DNA of 64,000 bases from an uncultured virus (IMG/VR IMGVR_UViG_3300046472_000138) (lineage: Duplodnaviria > Heunggongvirae > Uroviricota > Caudoviricetes): the IMG/VR virus record IMGVR_UViG_3300046472_000138. One strand, given 5' to 3'. The notes under the pieces were generated by a model. The model was not told the origin of the DNA and did no database searches. It was given only the letters and a program-made list of their open reading frames with translations. The stretch's first letter is position 1. Every line of letters begins with the position of its first letter. Positions 18,632 to 27,136 of the stretch are shown in pieces. The position numbers were made by a program, and so were the translations under genes.

Positions 18632-18918
18632 ACCAAGTCAACCCTGAAGTAATCGTGAATTACATGACCGACAAGATTAAGACTCTGAGGAAGCCTGGAA
18701 CAGTCTTTCCACTCATGCACCTCTCGCAGACATTGAATCTTCAGCCTCAGATAGTCGAACAGATGCTAGAAAGTCTCCAGAATCAAAATAAAGTCCATCG
18801 TGTAGGCCGTGAGAATTGGGGACTCGGTGGGAATCCCTGGGCCGGTCAACGAAGGCAGAAGATTTATAACTGTCAGCATTGCGGGAAACCGAATACCGTC
18901 GATATTACGGGGGATTAA
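18628..18918 (+). CDS. Winged-helix-like protein with C-terminal CxxC
   Basis: LSQTLNL....VEQMLESLQ....VHR pattern; CQHCG. Confidence 0.55.
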   Translation: MNQVNPEVIVNYMTDKIKTLRKPGTVFPLMHLSQTLNLQPQIVEQMLESLQNQNKVHRVGRENWGLGGNPWAGQRRQKIYNCQHCGKPNTVDITGD

Positions 18919-19145
18919 GATGTCCTTTATGCTTGGATTTGCAGCCGGTATGGTTTTCATAACCATTGGATTTTTTATTTTTGATAGGCTAATAAGTTCA
19001 AAGGAATTCTTGACAGCCGAAGAAAAAGAGAAAAGAGAGCCAGGATGGAAATATCGACATCTTCAACCGGAATCAAATAGCGTTATCCCTGCGGTAGCCT
19101 ATGAAATCAGAAAAGAAATGAGTAAGCGCGGAGAAAAATCCATAA

Positions 19146-20045
19146 ATGGCCGGTAAATGGGGCAAGGCAGAAAACAGGGGATGGGGAAAGATGAAGGACA
19201 AGGAAGGTCTTTTTGAAGACCGGCTAAATCAACGGCTTTGCACAGATAAGTATTACACTTATCCATTTTACCCGATCAAACTCTTTCATTCTCAATTGAG
19301 GCGCATCTATTCAGAAGCAACGATGCGGGTAAGAGTCGTTAATGGTGATTACCTTGTTTATGCTTGCCGAAGATCCTCGCGGCTCTTAGCTCTCTGGGAA
19401 AAGATGGTTGGTCCTAAGATGGCCTATTGCAATCGATTGCGCGAATTGATCGAGGTTCATTCTATTTTACCTCCACACCTCAGCACATTCAATGGCGCGG
19501 AAGCAAACCCCAAGCTAGAAGAAGCCATGAAAGGCTATTCACACTTTCACGGTTCAGCACCAGACAAGATTTCAACAGATTCCTATGATTGGCCTCCACC
19601 TCTTGAGTTAGAAGATGAATTCGGGCCTTTCGATCCACAAGCACCGATTGACCTGATTGGACTCGGTGAATTGCTTGGCTTAGGTTATGAGCCGGTTGAC
19701 AGTGAACCGCTAGAAAGGGAAGTCATCAAATTCAAACGACCTTATCCACTCCTGGCATCTGATTACATCAATTATGAAGAAGGCGAAGAGGAATTGTTTG
19801 TTGTGGGCGGTCATTACAAAGAGAAACCTGAAGAGGACTTTGTTTGCGGGAACCTTCGATGGGTGACTTATCTCACTGTAAAATCATTTGACGACCTCAA
19901 GCCAATCGAATATACCCATGAGTTTAATGAACCTTACCCGCAGTTGTGTACCAACAAGAAAGGGACGCAGTATTACATTTTCAGGGGCGACAGTGAATTT
20001 TCAATCGGACGAGGGCATCCAGTCAGTGCGGGGATTGAGGGATGA
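19146..20045 (+). CDS. Conserved unknown protein: basic N-terminus, ANP, then an acidic internally duplicated domain
   Basis: Y.HFHG..P; GEL..LGY...YPLL...LFVVGG and GNL..VTY...YPQL...YYIFRG. Confidence 0.8.
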   Translation: MAGKWGKAENRGWGKMKDKEGLFEDRLNQRLCTDKYYTYPFYPIKLFHSQLRRIYSEATMRVRVVNGDYLVYACRRSSRLLALWEKMVGPKMAYCNRLRELIEVHSILPPHLSTFNGAEANPKLEEAMKGYSHFHGSAPDKISTDSYDWPPPLELEDEFGPFDPQAPIDLIGLGELLGLGYEPVDSEPLEREVIKFKRPYPLLASDYINYEEGEEELFVVGGHYKEKPEEDFVCGNLRWVTYLTVKSFDDLKPIEYTHEFNEPYPQLCTNKKGTQYYIFRGDSEFSIGRGHPVSAGIEG

Positions 20046-20368
20046 TCTTAGAATGGATTCTGTTTATAGTAATTGCACATTTCATTTTCACCATCTTTTC
20101 GGGGCGAACACTCAAGCAGAATGAATACCTACTCAACAAAATCATAAGGAGACTAGAAGAAATGCCAAGCAAAGCGGATTTAGACAATGCAATCGCAGCA
20201 CTAACACAGGCGATTAGCGACGAAGCAACCAAACTCCAGTCAGCCATTGACGCACTTCAGGCGCAAATCAATGCGGGTGGAGATTTCACGGCAGAAGTAC
20301 AAGCATTGCAAGATGCTCAGACCAGGATAGCGGCATTGCCAACAACGGCGACTCCTCCAACTCCGTAA
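20042..20368 (+). CDS. N-terminal TM plus coiled-coil protein
   Basis: Hydrophobic N-terminus and heptad-rich A/Q/L body. Confidence 0.65.
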   Translation: MILEWILFIVIAHFIFTIFSGRTLKQNEYLLNKIIRRLEEMPSKADLDNAIAALTQAISDEATKLQSAIDALQAQINAGGDFTAEVQALQDAQTRIAALPTTATPPTP

Positions 20369-21075
20369 CATGAAAGATAAATGCAAAATTTGCGGATCGG
20401 GTGATTGTTCAAGATACGGATTATATGAAAATGGTCAGCCTGAAAAAATCTGTTCAGTGTGTAGAGAATGGATGGTCGAATGTCTTGATCTTTTCATTTA
20501 CCTAATCTATGTATGATTCGAGTCGGTATTCGGCGTACTCACCCAATCGAAGATAAATGTGAGGTTACTTTCCAATCCGACTCGAAAGCATTAATAACTC
20601 TTTTAAAGGAATTGCAGGTTGCTCAGAAATGGGGATACGCAACAGAAGTCAGTGCGGTAGATATTTTCGTAGCATTGGCGCAACTGGACAAAGAAACAAA
20701 CAAGGTCAGAAAGTGGTAGTGAGTAGGCGCATTGATCCCCTTTGCGCCGAGGGTGGGACGTGGGGCTACTTGATTTAAATAGCATTGAATAACCTTATAT
20801 GATAAAAAGCGTGAACATAGGGGACAACGGAAAAGGACTTACGACGATTCATATTGATTGCGACCTCGTACAAACTGGAATCGAGTCAATAGATGTGGTT
20901 TGCGAACCAGGCAAGGCGCAACAGGCTCAGGACTTCGTTTTAAAGATCATGCAGATTATGTCACTGCCTGATAAGGTCACAAGAGCAGCCGGAGGAATAG
21001 GACAGCTTTTCGGAAGTAAGGTAAAAATCTAACGGTTTGTCCGTGCTGCGCGGCCGGATGACCCAAAGCAGTAAC

Positions 21076-21119
21076 GAAAAGGCTCAGTTCTCGTATACGA
21101 GCGAGAATTGGGCCTTTTC
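21076..21119 (+). terminator. 18-bp hairpin before the Arg-rich gene (terminator or processing site)
   Basis: GAAAAGGCTCAGTTCTCG / CGAGAATTGGGCCTTTTC, followed by a T-rich stretch. Confidence 0.55.
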
Positions 21120-21139
21120 TATTTGGGAGTAAATAAAAT

Positions 21140-22792
21140 ATGTGGCAACCAGTCAGAGTCGTGAATCCGTACAATCCGAGAGCGAGAAGGAGATACTCAA
21201 CAAGAGAAGGTGCGCCTTGGGCAAGAGGAGAAGGAAGAACAAAGAGCAGCATATTTTCAACTTCTTATAGGCCAGCAAGAAAATCCGTTGCACGACATTC
21301 ACGCGCTCATTCTCCAAAAGTAAAATCATGGTTGCCTAGTATGTTCAATAGCCCAAGACGGAGAAAGCGCAATCAAGACCTCATCACCGGCGCAGTGGCA
21401 AGCAAGATAGCCGATCAGGTGGCAGGGAAACTCGGCGGGATGTTTAGCAAGCCAAGGAAGAGGAAGGCGGCAAGTCATAAGAAACGGAATGTGAGAGCGT
21501 ACAAACGCTTTTTCACATTTGAGGGCGAACCACAACGTACCGCCGCCGGTAGCGCGGCAAGAATGTGGACCTACAAGGATAAACCGACAGCTATTGGACG
21601 ATCAATTCGCCGTCACAAAAAGAAAGCAAAGAAACGCGGCATATTTTCAAATCCAGCTTTAGCAGTGATCGGACTGAATCCACTACGAAAACGAAGAAGA
21701 TTTAAGACGCATGAGGGAAAGGGAAGAGTTCACAGGAAACCAGGAACCTTCACAGATGCCATTGAGCGGCATGAGCGGAAACGCAGGAAGAAAAGCAATG
21801 TGAGGGCGCGGAGAAGGTATACATCAAGAATAGGTTTATCCCACGCACCAGGAGGGACTAGAACTATTCGATATCGTAGAGAATATGCTCCTTCCTCATA
21901 TCTTTCCTCGACAGGTAAAAGTATTGAAAGACATATTAAGAGACGTAAGAAAAAATCATCAGGTCTTTTCAGCAGCAATCCAAAACGGAGGGTTACTATG
22001 GCAACACGTAGGCGAAGAAAGCGGAATCTTCCGCGGAGGAATGCAAAGGGAAGATTCGTAAAGAAATCCAACACACGAAGACGAAGACGGTCTAATCCAG
22101 TTGTCCGAAGGCGGCGGCGGCATACTCGCACAACGCTACGCCGGAGGCGACGACGTACTAACCCAGTGCGAGTAACCAGACGGAGAAGGAGAGCACCAAT
22201 GGCACATCGTAGGCGCAGACGGAGAGCAAATCCGGTAGTACGGCGCAGACGGCGCAGAACACACGCAACAACGCATCGTCGTCGTCGCCGAAGTAATCCA
22301 GTTCGGGCAAGACATTATCGAAGACACAACCGCAGTCGGCGTGGCCGTCGGCGTAATGCAATGCTCGGCGGGACATTGAGCCGAATTGATTGGAAGTCAG
22401 TATTGTTTGTTTCAGGGGGTGTGTTCCTCGGAGACAAATTGACTGGCTTGGTCAGCGACAAAATCATGACTATGACCAGCATGATTCCATCAAGCGCGGG
22501 ACCGTGGGTTAAATTGGCTGTCGGAGTATTGGCGGCTGGCTTGGCCTGGAAATATCAACCGGCTTTCGGGCTTGGAATCGCAGTCGGAGCAACAAATTCC
22601 TTGATGAACCAATATGTTTTCGGTCCAGCATGGGGTTATGTTGCACCATCAATCGGGATGTCTGGCTTGGCTGACTACCAGAATCGGGCATTCAAGCAAG
22701 ATAACTGGATCGGTCAAAGCTCAGGGGGTCCAGGGGCAGCAGGCACAATGAGTGGATTCGGGATGAATCCATTGCTTCAAAATCGGCTGTAA
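21140..22792 (+). CDS. Protamine-like Arg/Lys-rich protein with N-P punctuation and C-terminal membrane domain; candidate genome-condensing core protein
   Basis: Repeated RRRRR[S/T/A]NPV units; hydrophobic helices after RRNAMLGG; MSGLAD and MSGFG. Confidence 0.8.
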   Translation: MWQPVRVVNPYNPRARRRYSTREGAPWARGEGRTKSSIFSTSYRPARKSVARHSRAHSPKVKSWLPSMFNSPRRRKRNQDLITGAVASKIADQVAGKLGGMFSKPRKRKAASHKKRNVRAYKRFFTFEGEPQRTAAGSAARMWTYKDKPTAIGRSIRRHKKKAKKRGIFSNPALAVIGLNPLRKRRRFKTHEGKGRVHRKPGTFTDAIERHERKRRKKSNVRARRRYTSRIGLSHAPGGTRTIRYRREYAPSSYLSSTGKSIERHIKRRKKKSSGLFSSNPKRRVTMATRRRRKRNLPRRNAKGRFVKKSNTRRRRRSNPVVRRRRRHTRTTLRRRRRRTNPVRVTRRRRRAPMAHRRRRRRANPVVRRRRRRTHATTHRRRRRSNPVRARHYRRHNRSRRGRRRNAMLGGTLSRIDWKSVLFVSGGVFLGDKLTGLVSDKIMTMTSMIPSSAGPWVKLAVGVLAAGLAWKYQPAFGLGIAVGATNSLMNQYVFGPAWGYVAPSIGMSGLADYQNRAFKQDNWIGQSSGGPGAAGTMSGFGMNPLLQNRL

Positions 22793-22798
22793 AAATCC

Positions 22799-22927
22799 GA
22801 GAAGGAATTATCAGGGGCTTAAGTCAGATCGTGAAGGGTCGGGAAGCCCTCTCCGGTGACAAACGGACTTAGCGACCATCCGTAGATTTAAACCCCTGGC
22901 AATTCTCTCTCAAAAAAATGAGAGGAG
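22799..22927 (+). ncRNA. Structured leader upstream of the capsid candidate
   Basis: Long interrupted closing stem, two inner hairpins, and an alternative anti-SD hairpin. Confidence 0.55.
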
Positions 22928-22933
22928 ATTTAA

Positions 22934-23671
22934 ATGCAAATCATCAGGAAATTCAGAAACATCATTGAAGATGTCTTAGGCGTGCGTTTCAACGCTCGGC
23001 TGACAGACCTCGAATACCGAAAACACGGGAAACCAATTTCACATTTCGATTCATTGGCCGGGGAAGGGCAAGTCACTTTCCATGACGCAATGGACATGGG
23101 CAAGACAAACCCAACCTATACCGGCGTAGTTGAAGCGATTGACCGGCCTTTGTTCGATACCACGTTTATCGTATCAGGCACAACCACCGGGCAATTGCTT
23201 TTCACGGCTCCACAAGGCACAAACAGCAAATCACAGCTTGACACTAATTTGACTCAATCCAGGTCTTTGCCTTCGCCTGAGAGTTTCACCATCAAGCGAA
23301 TCGGCTATCAGATTCAGACAACCTCACTGCTCGACATGGGCAAGATTCAAAATCTGATTTTGCAGAGCTTCTTTGCAAACCAGAAATTGTATTCCCAAGC
23401 CCCATTGGTCTACTACCCTGTAGGCTTCGGGGTGTACGGTTGCACGACAGAATCAAACATTTCAGCAATCACAAGCGGTATCCCTGGAGAAAACGGGGTC
23501 AGGTCACTAGTCTATGACATTCCGTTGAATCCTCTCGATCCGTTCTACGCACAGCTTGACGTTTACGGCGGCGGATCATCGGCGGCACATACCATCTCAA
23601 CTTTGACTTTGACCACAACCACGACTCAAATCGTGGTCTATTTGCAAGGTCCATACCAGAGAGCAATCTAG
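22934..23671 (+). CDS. Candidate major capsid protein, single jelly-roll-like
   Basis: Beta-rich PLFDT...LF..PQG..KS..DTNL....LP.P.SF.I core; strong SD GAGGAG; downstream terminator; follows the core-protein gene. Fold is inferred. Confidence 0.55.
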   Translation: MQIIRKFRNIIEDVLGVRFNARLTDLEYRKHGKPISHFDSLAGEGQVTFHDAMDMGKTNPTYTGVVEAIDRPLFDTTFIVSGTTTGQLLFTAPQGTNSKSQLDTNLTQSRSLPSPESFTIKRIGYQIQTTSLLDMGKIQNLILQSFFANQKLYSQAPLVYYPVGFGVYGCTTESNISAITSGIPGENGVRSLVYDIPLNPLDPFYAQLDVYGGGSSAAHTISTLTLTTTTTQIVVYLQGPYQRAI

Positions 23672-23695
23672 TTCTTTGGTTGTTTCGTTTTATTC

Positions 23696-23722
23696 GGGGG
23701 AGTTTCGACTCCCCCTTCATTT
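23696..23722 (+). terminator. Intrinsic terminator/attenuator after the capsid candidate
   Basis: GGGGGAGT-TTCG-ACTCCCCC followed by TTCATTT. Confidence 0.8.
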
Positions 23723-23746
23723 CACGTTTTCATTTGAGGTGCAACC

Positions 23747-24160
23747 GTGTTGGCAAACGATCTTGTAGGACAGAAGGGGTTATTTAATTTCGTAGGCACG
23801 ATCACGCTTGCGGGCAACGCATTTGGAAACGTGATCATGCAGGTCAATCAAGGGTTAGATTACAAAGTAGTTTGTATCCAGACAGTTCAAACCGGAGTGT
23901 GGAAAGTTATCTGGGGAACAAACACGATCAACTTCATGGCAAGCGGTCAGCAGAATGCCACGACTCCACCTTATTGCACATATTCAAATGTCTTCGGGAC
24001 TGCTATACTCCCGCATCGGTATGTTGGGCCTGGATATGACTATGCGCCAATCTTCCCGCGTGGGTCGAATATGGTATTCAATTGTCAGGACACAAGCGGC
24101 TCTACCAATACGATTGAAATTGTAGTTGAAGGCATTTACGATAACTGGCTAGGTCAATAA
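23747..24160 (+). CDS. Small beta-sandwich (jelly-roll-like) structural protein
   Basis: Alternating hydrophobic strands; P..PRGS.M.F...D.SG..N.IEIVVEG end. Confidence 0.55.
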   Translation: MLANDLVGQKGLFNFVGTITLAGNAFGNVIMQVNQGLDYKVVCIQTVQTGVWKVIWGTNTINFMASGQQNATTPPYCTYSNVFGTAILPHRYVGPGYDYAPIFPRGSNMVFNCQDTSGSTNTIEIVVEGIYDNWLGQ

Positions 24161-24162
24161 CT

Positions 24163-25257
24163 ATGATCGGTGCAGATAGAGCAGCGCGGGGCATTACCTC
24201 TCTTCAATCCTCGCATCCTTTTCATATCCCTTTTAACTTTGCCACAATTACAACAGGCACAGAGCAAACCTTCCGAGTGGCTGTCAATCAAGGAGATATG
24301 CTTGTCTTTGGTTTGGCGATTTGGGATTCAGATTCCACAACTCAACAACTCGGCGCACAGAATACAAGCCAGTATTGGGTGAAGATCACCAATCGAGAAT
24401 ACAATCAATCATTAATGTCAACTTGGGTTGCTGGTCTTGGGATTCTTGAGACAGACGCACAGAGCGGCGGGTTTAGATTCCCTTCCCCCTGGTTTGTCAG
24501 GAATGGGACTTACCTCGATGTTACGGTAAGGTGTCCCGGCCAAAACGAGTTAAAGAATACTTCAGCAACTTATACGATTACTGCGCTGGAAATCGTTTTA
24601 CTTGCTCAGGTATTTCCGAGAGGCTATGAAAAGGAATTCGGCAGGAAAGCACCGATTAAGCAACCGTTCTTTTTGTCCTATATGGCTCCAATCGGTTTTC
24701 AGGCCGATACAACAACCGGGAATAACATCGTAACAACGACAGGCTCACAGCAACTCTATCCGGCGTTTCAAGCCTCTTGGCCTCCGTTGATGTGGGATTT
24801 TGAATTGACAAGTATTTCGATGGATTCCTCGACGCTTCAAACAACCAACCCGGCAGGATCGGGGACAGGCTACCCGGCCAATCTTCATATGCTTCAGGTG
24901 ATCGAGCGGAAATCTAAACGAATGGCTTTCCGTGGCCCTTGCACGCAAGCCAATGTTGCAGGGTCAAGAGTGCAGGATGCCTGTGATGCTTATGCCTTGA
25001 GTGCCGTTCCGACTGGACTCAATCCAACAGATGCCTATACGCACAATTTGGCCGTTCCGTTCTATTGTAAGAAGGGCTCACAGCTAACAGCCAAGGCGAG
25101 CTTTAATTGGGTTTACATCAATGATGCTGGAATTAGCTTTCAACCATCGAATGTGAATCAAGTTGTGAACGTCGTTCTCATGGGTAATAAATTCGAGAAT
25201 CCAGATCGATTTCCAGGTACAGGTCCATTTAGTCAACCTCCGACTTATGCCACTTAG
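24163..25257 (+). CDS. Structural protein with two tandem beta-sandwich repeats
   Basis: FPSPWFVRNGTYLDV...EIVLLA is paralleled by LAVPFYCKKGSQLTA...NVVLMG. Confidence 0.55.
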   Translation: MIGADRAARGITSLQSSHPFHIPFNFATITTGTEQTFRVAVNQGDMLVFGLAIWDSDSTTQQLGAQNTSQYWVKITNREYNQSLMSTWVAGLGILETDAQSGGFRFPSPWFVRNGTYLDVTVRCPGQNELKNTSATYTITALEIVLLAQVFPRGYEKEFGRKAPIKQPFFLSYMAPIGFQADTTTGNNIVTTTGSQQLYPAFQASWPPLMWDFELTSISMDSSTLQTTNPAGSGTGYPANLHMLQVIERKSKRMAFRGPCTQANVAGSRVQDACDAYALSAVPTGLNPTDAYTHNLAVPFYCKKGSQLTAKASFNWVYINDAGISFQPSNVNQVVNVVLMGNKFENPDRFPGTGPFSQPPTYAT

Positions 25258-25921
25258 ACAAGACGCACAAGCAGTAGCCTCAGACAGAGAAATGATTGCA
25301 ATGCCGCTTGACTCGATCATTCAGGCGATTCAAGGCGTGAATAATTTTCTCTGCTGTGTAAGGACTCCAAACCTTGTTGAGAATGCGATTCCTTACAATG
25401 CAATGCCGTTTTGGTTCTCAGGTGAACTGTTTCAATTTAGTACCCATTTTACAATCTTTCCGGTCTTCAATGTTCCGTTCGGCCAAACCGCAGTCATTAC
25501 TGGAATTGGTTTAGGAGAGCATCAACCTGGACTCGCAGCAGGATTCCGAGTTTCGTTGTTAATCAATAGTGAAACTACTCCAGCATTTCCTAGAATCTCA
25601 GGTTTGCTCGGTCTTGGAACAGGGATGCCGCTTCAAACTTGGATTCCAGTTCCAGAATCGGCTCAAGTAGCCTTGGCTCTTGATTGTCCTTGGATCATAA
25701 ACACCTTCGCTGAAACTCCTTTAGAATTCGGGGTGCAATGGTCTTTGCGCGGCTATTACATGGACAAGGAATTTTTTGTGCCGAGCTATGATAACGCAGC
25801 CGTTCCACAAGCTTTGACACCTGGAACAGATAGTTACCCAAATATCAATTACTTGACTTATGAAATTCCTGAAGCTGATACGGCCACTACAACGCCTGAC
25901 AATTTAATGCCGACAACTTAA
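25247..25921 (+). CDS. Beta-sandwich structural protein (penton-like candidate)
   Basis: F.VP.GQ.AVITG...WIPVPES.QV.L...W.LRGY. Confidence 0.5.
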   Translation: MPLRQDAQAVASDREMIAMPLDSIIQAIQGVNNFLCCVRTPNLVENAIPYNAMPFWFSGELFQFSTHFTIFPVFNVPFGQTAVITGIGLGEHQPGLAAGFRVSLLINSETTPAFPRISGLLGLGTGMPLQTWIPVPESAQVALALDCPWIINTFAETPLEFGVQWSLRGYYMDKEFFVPSYDNAAVPQALTPGTDSYPNINYLTYEIPEADTATTTPDNLMPTT

Positions 25922-25922
25922 T

Positions 25923-26363
25923 ATGGGTACTGAATTAGCGAATTTTGGACAACAGAATTATGATCCGCCGTCAGTGCTGGCGATCCCGCCGCGGAACTTT
26001 GTTTGCGGGACGTTATCAATGTCAACCGGGGCGCAATCTACGCTATTTGGATTCGATCTTTGGGTAATCCCTCGGGGTGGAGCGGCAACCGGACTAGGCA
26101 GTTCAATTGCCTCTGGTCCCGCAGCAGGATTAAATCTTTTATTGAGTGTAAACTGCAATCAGTCTGGAGTGACCTTTGTTCCGCAAGTTCAATTCGGGGA
26201 TGGAGTATTCATTACGATAGTTCCCGGCGGGGTTGTATTCCCAAGCGGATTTTCTCAATACGAACTCAAAGTCAACGGTGCATTCTTTAAAGGGCTTGTG
26301 ACTAGGGTTGCCTCGTCAACTACTGTGATTACTTTCCACGCTTCGATGTTAGGGGATAATTAA
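25923..26363 (+). CDS. Beta-rich structural protein
   Basis: Composition and operon position. Confidence 0.55.
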   Translation: MGTELANFGQQNYDPPSVLAIPPRNFVCGTLSMSTGAQSTLFGFDLWVIPRGGAATGLGSSIASGPAAGLNLLLSVNCNQSGVTFVPQVQFGDGVFITIVPGGVVFPSGFSQYELKVNGAFFKGLVTRVASSTTVITFHASMLGDN

Positions 26364-27136
26364 TGGCTGGAAATTATTTCTTAGATTATATCCGTTGCAA
26401 ATTCGGTAAAGGTCAAACAGGCCGGACAGACGATCCAATCATCTCTGTCGGAGGGATGAATGTTAGCGGGTCTTATGTAGGGTTATCCTTTGATGCTATA
26501 AATGCTCTAATTGTTACAGGGACTTTAACCGGTGGAGGTGGAGGGCCGGTTTCCCAATCTGGAACATGGTCAACAAGGGTATTTGATTCTTCTGGAAATC
26601 CTGTTCTTGCTACAAATACCAATCCAATCGGGACAGAGCAAGGATGGATCACGCGAATTGCAGCGGCTCAAGCCTTACAAGGTGGAACGGTTCAAGACAG
26701 TCCGGTGCTTGTCGGAGGAGAAGCTAGAACAACTGATGGGACGACTTCAGCCAGCGCAACCCAGCGAAGAATCATTCTTGATTCACTTGGGAAACTGGTC
26801 ACTCTTCCAGGCGCGATTAATGACCTACATCTTGACGGAGCATTGCAACAGGCTGGAGTTATAGCAACTGCCTTAATTGCTAACCAAGGCTCAGGAAAGC
26901 GCATTGCAATGCAATCCTTACTTGTGACTTGCTCTGGCTCGGCAACAGTTCAAGTCATCATCAGTGGAGGGCCAAACAACCGCACGTTCGGATTTGCTGC
27001 TCCTGGCGGTGGATTTGCTCTCAATGCTGGTGGTGCGCCTCTCTATATCACTTCTGCCTCAACTGCGTTATCCGTTGCAGGAGATGTGACCTCAACAATG
27101 GATATTTTCGCCTCTGGCTACTCTCTTGGTAACTAA
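26363..27136 (+). CDS. Gly/Ser/Thr-rich spike/fibre-like protein
   Basis: Extended N-terminal shaft-like region and C-terminal beta domain. Confidence 0.55.
   Translation: MAGNYFLDYIRCKFGKGQTGRTDDPIISVGGMNVSGSYVGLSFDAINALIVTGTLTGGGGGPVSQSGTWSTRVFDSSGNPVLATNTNPIGTEQGWITRIAAAQALQGGTVQDSPVLVGGEARTTDGTTSASATQRRIILDSLGKLVTLPGAINDLHLDGALQQAGVIATALIANQGSGKRIAMQSLLVTCSGSATVQVIISGGPNNRTFGFAAPGGGFALNAGGAPLYITSASTALSVAGDVTSTMDIFASGYSLGN

Noticed and set aside
21730..22376. Minus-strand ORFs over the Arg-rich gene
   Set aside because: Shadows of low-complexity coding sequence with no independent signals.
26363..26430. GKGQTGRT as Walker A of a packaging ATPase
   Set aside because: Arg replaces the catalytic Lys, no Walker B follows, and the protein is a Gly/Thr-rich beta type.
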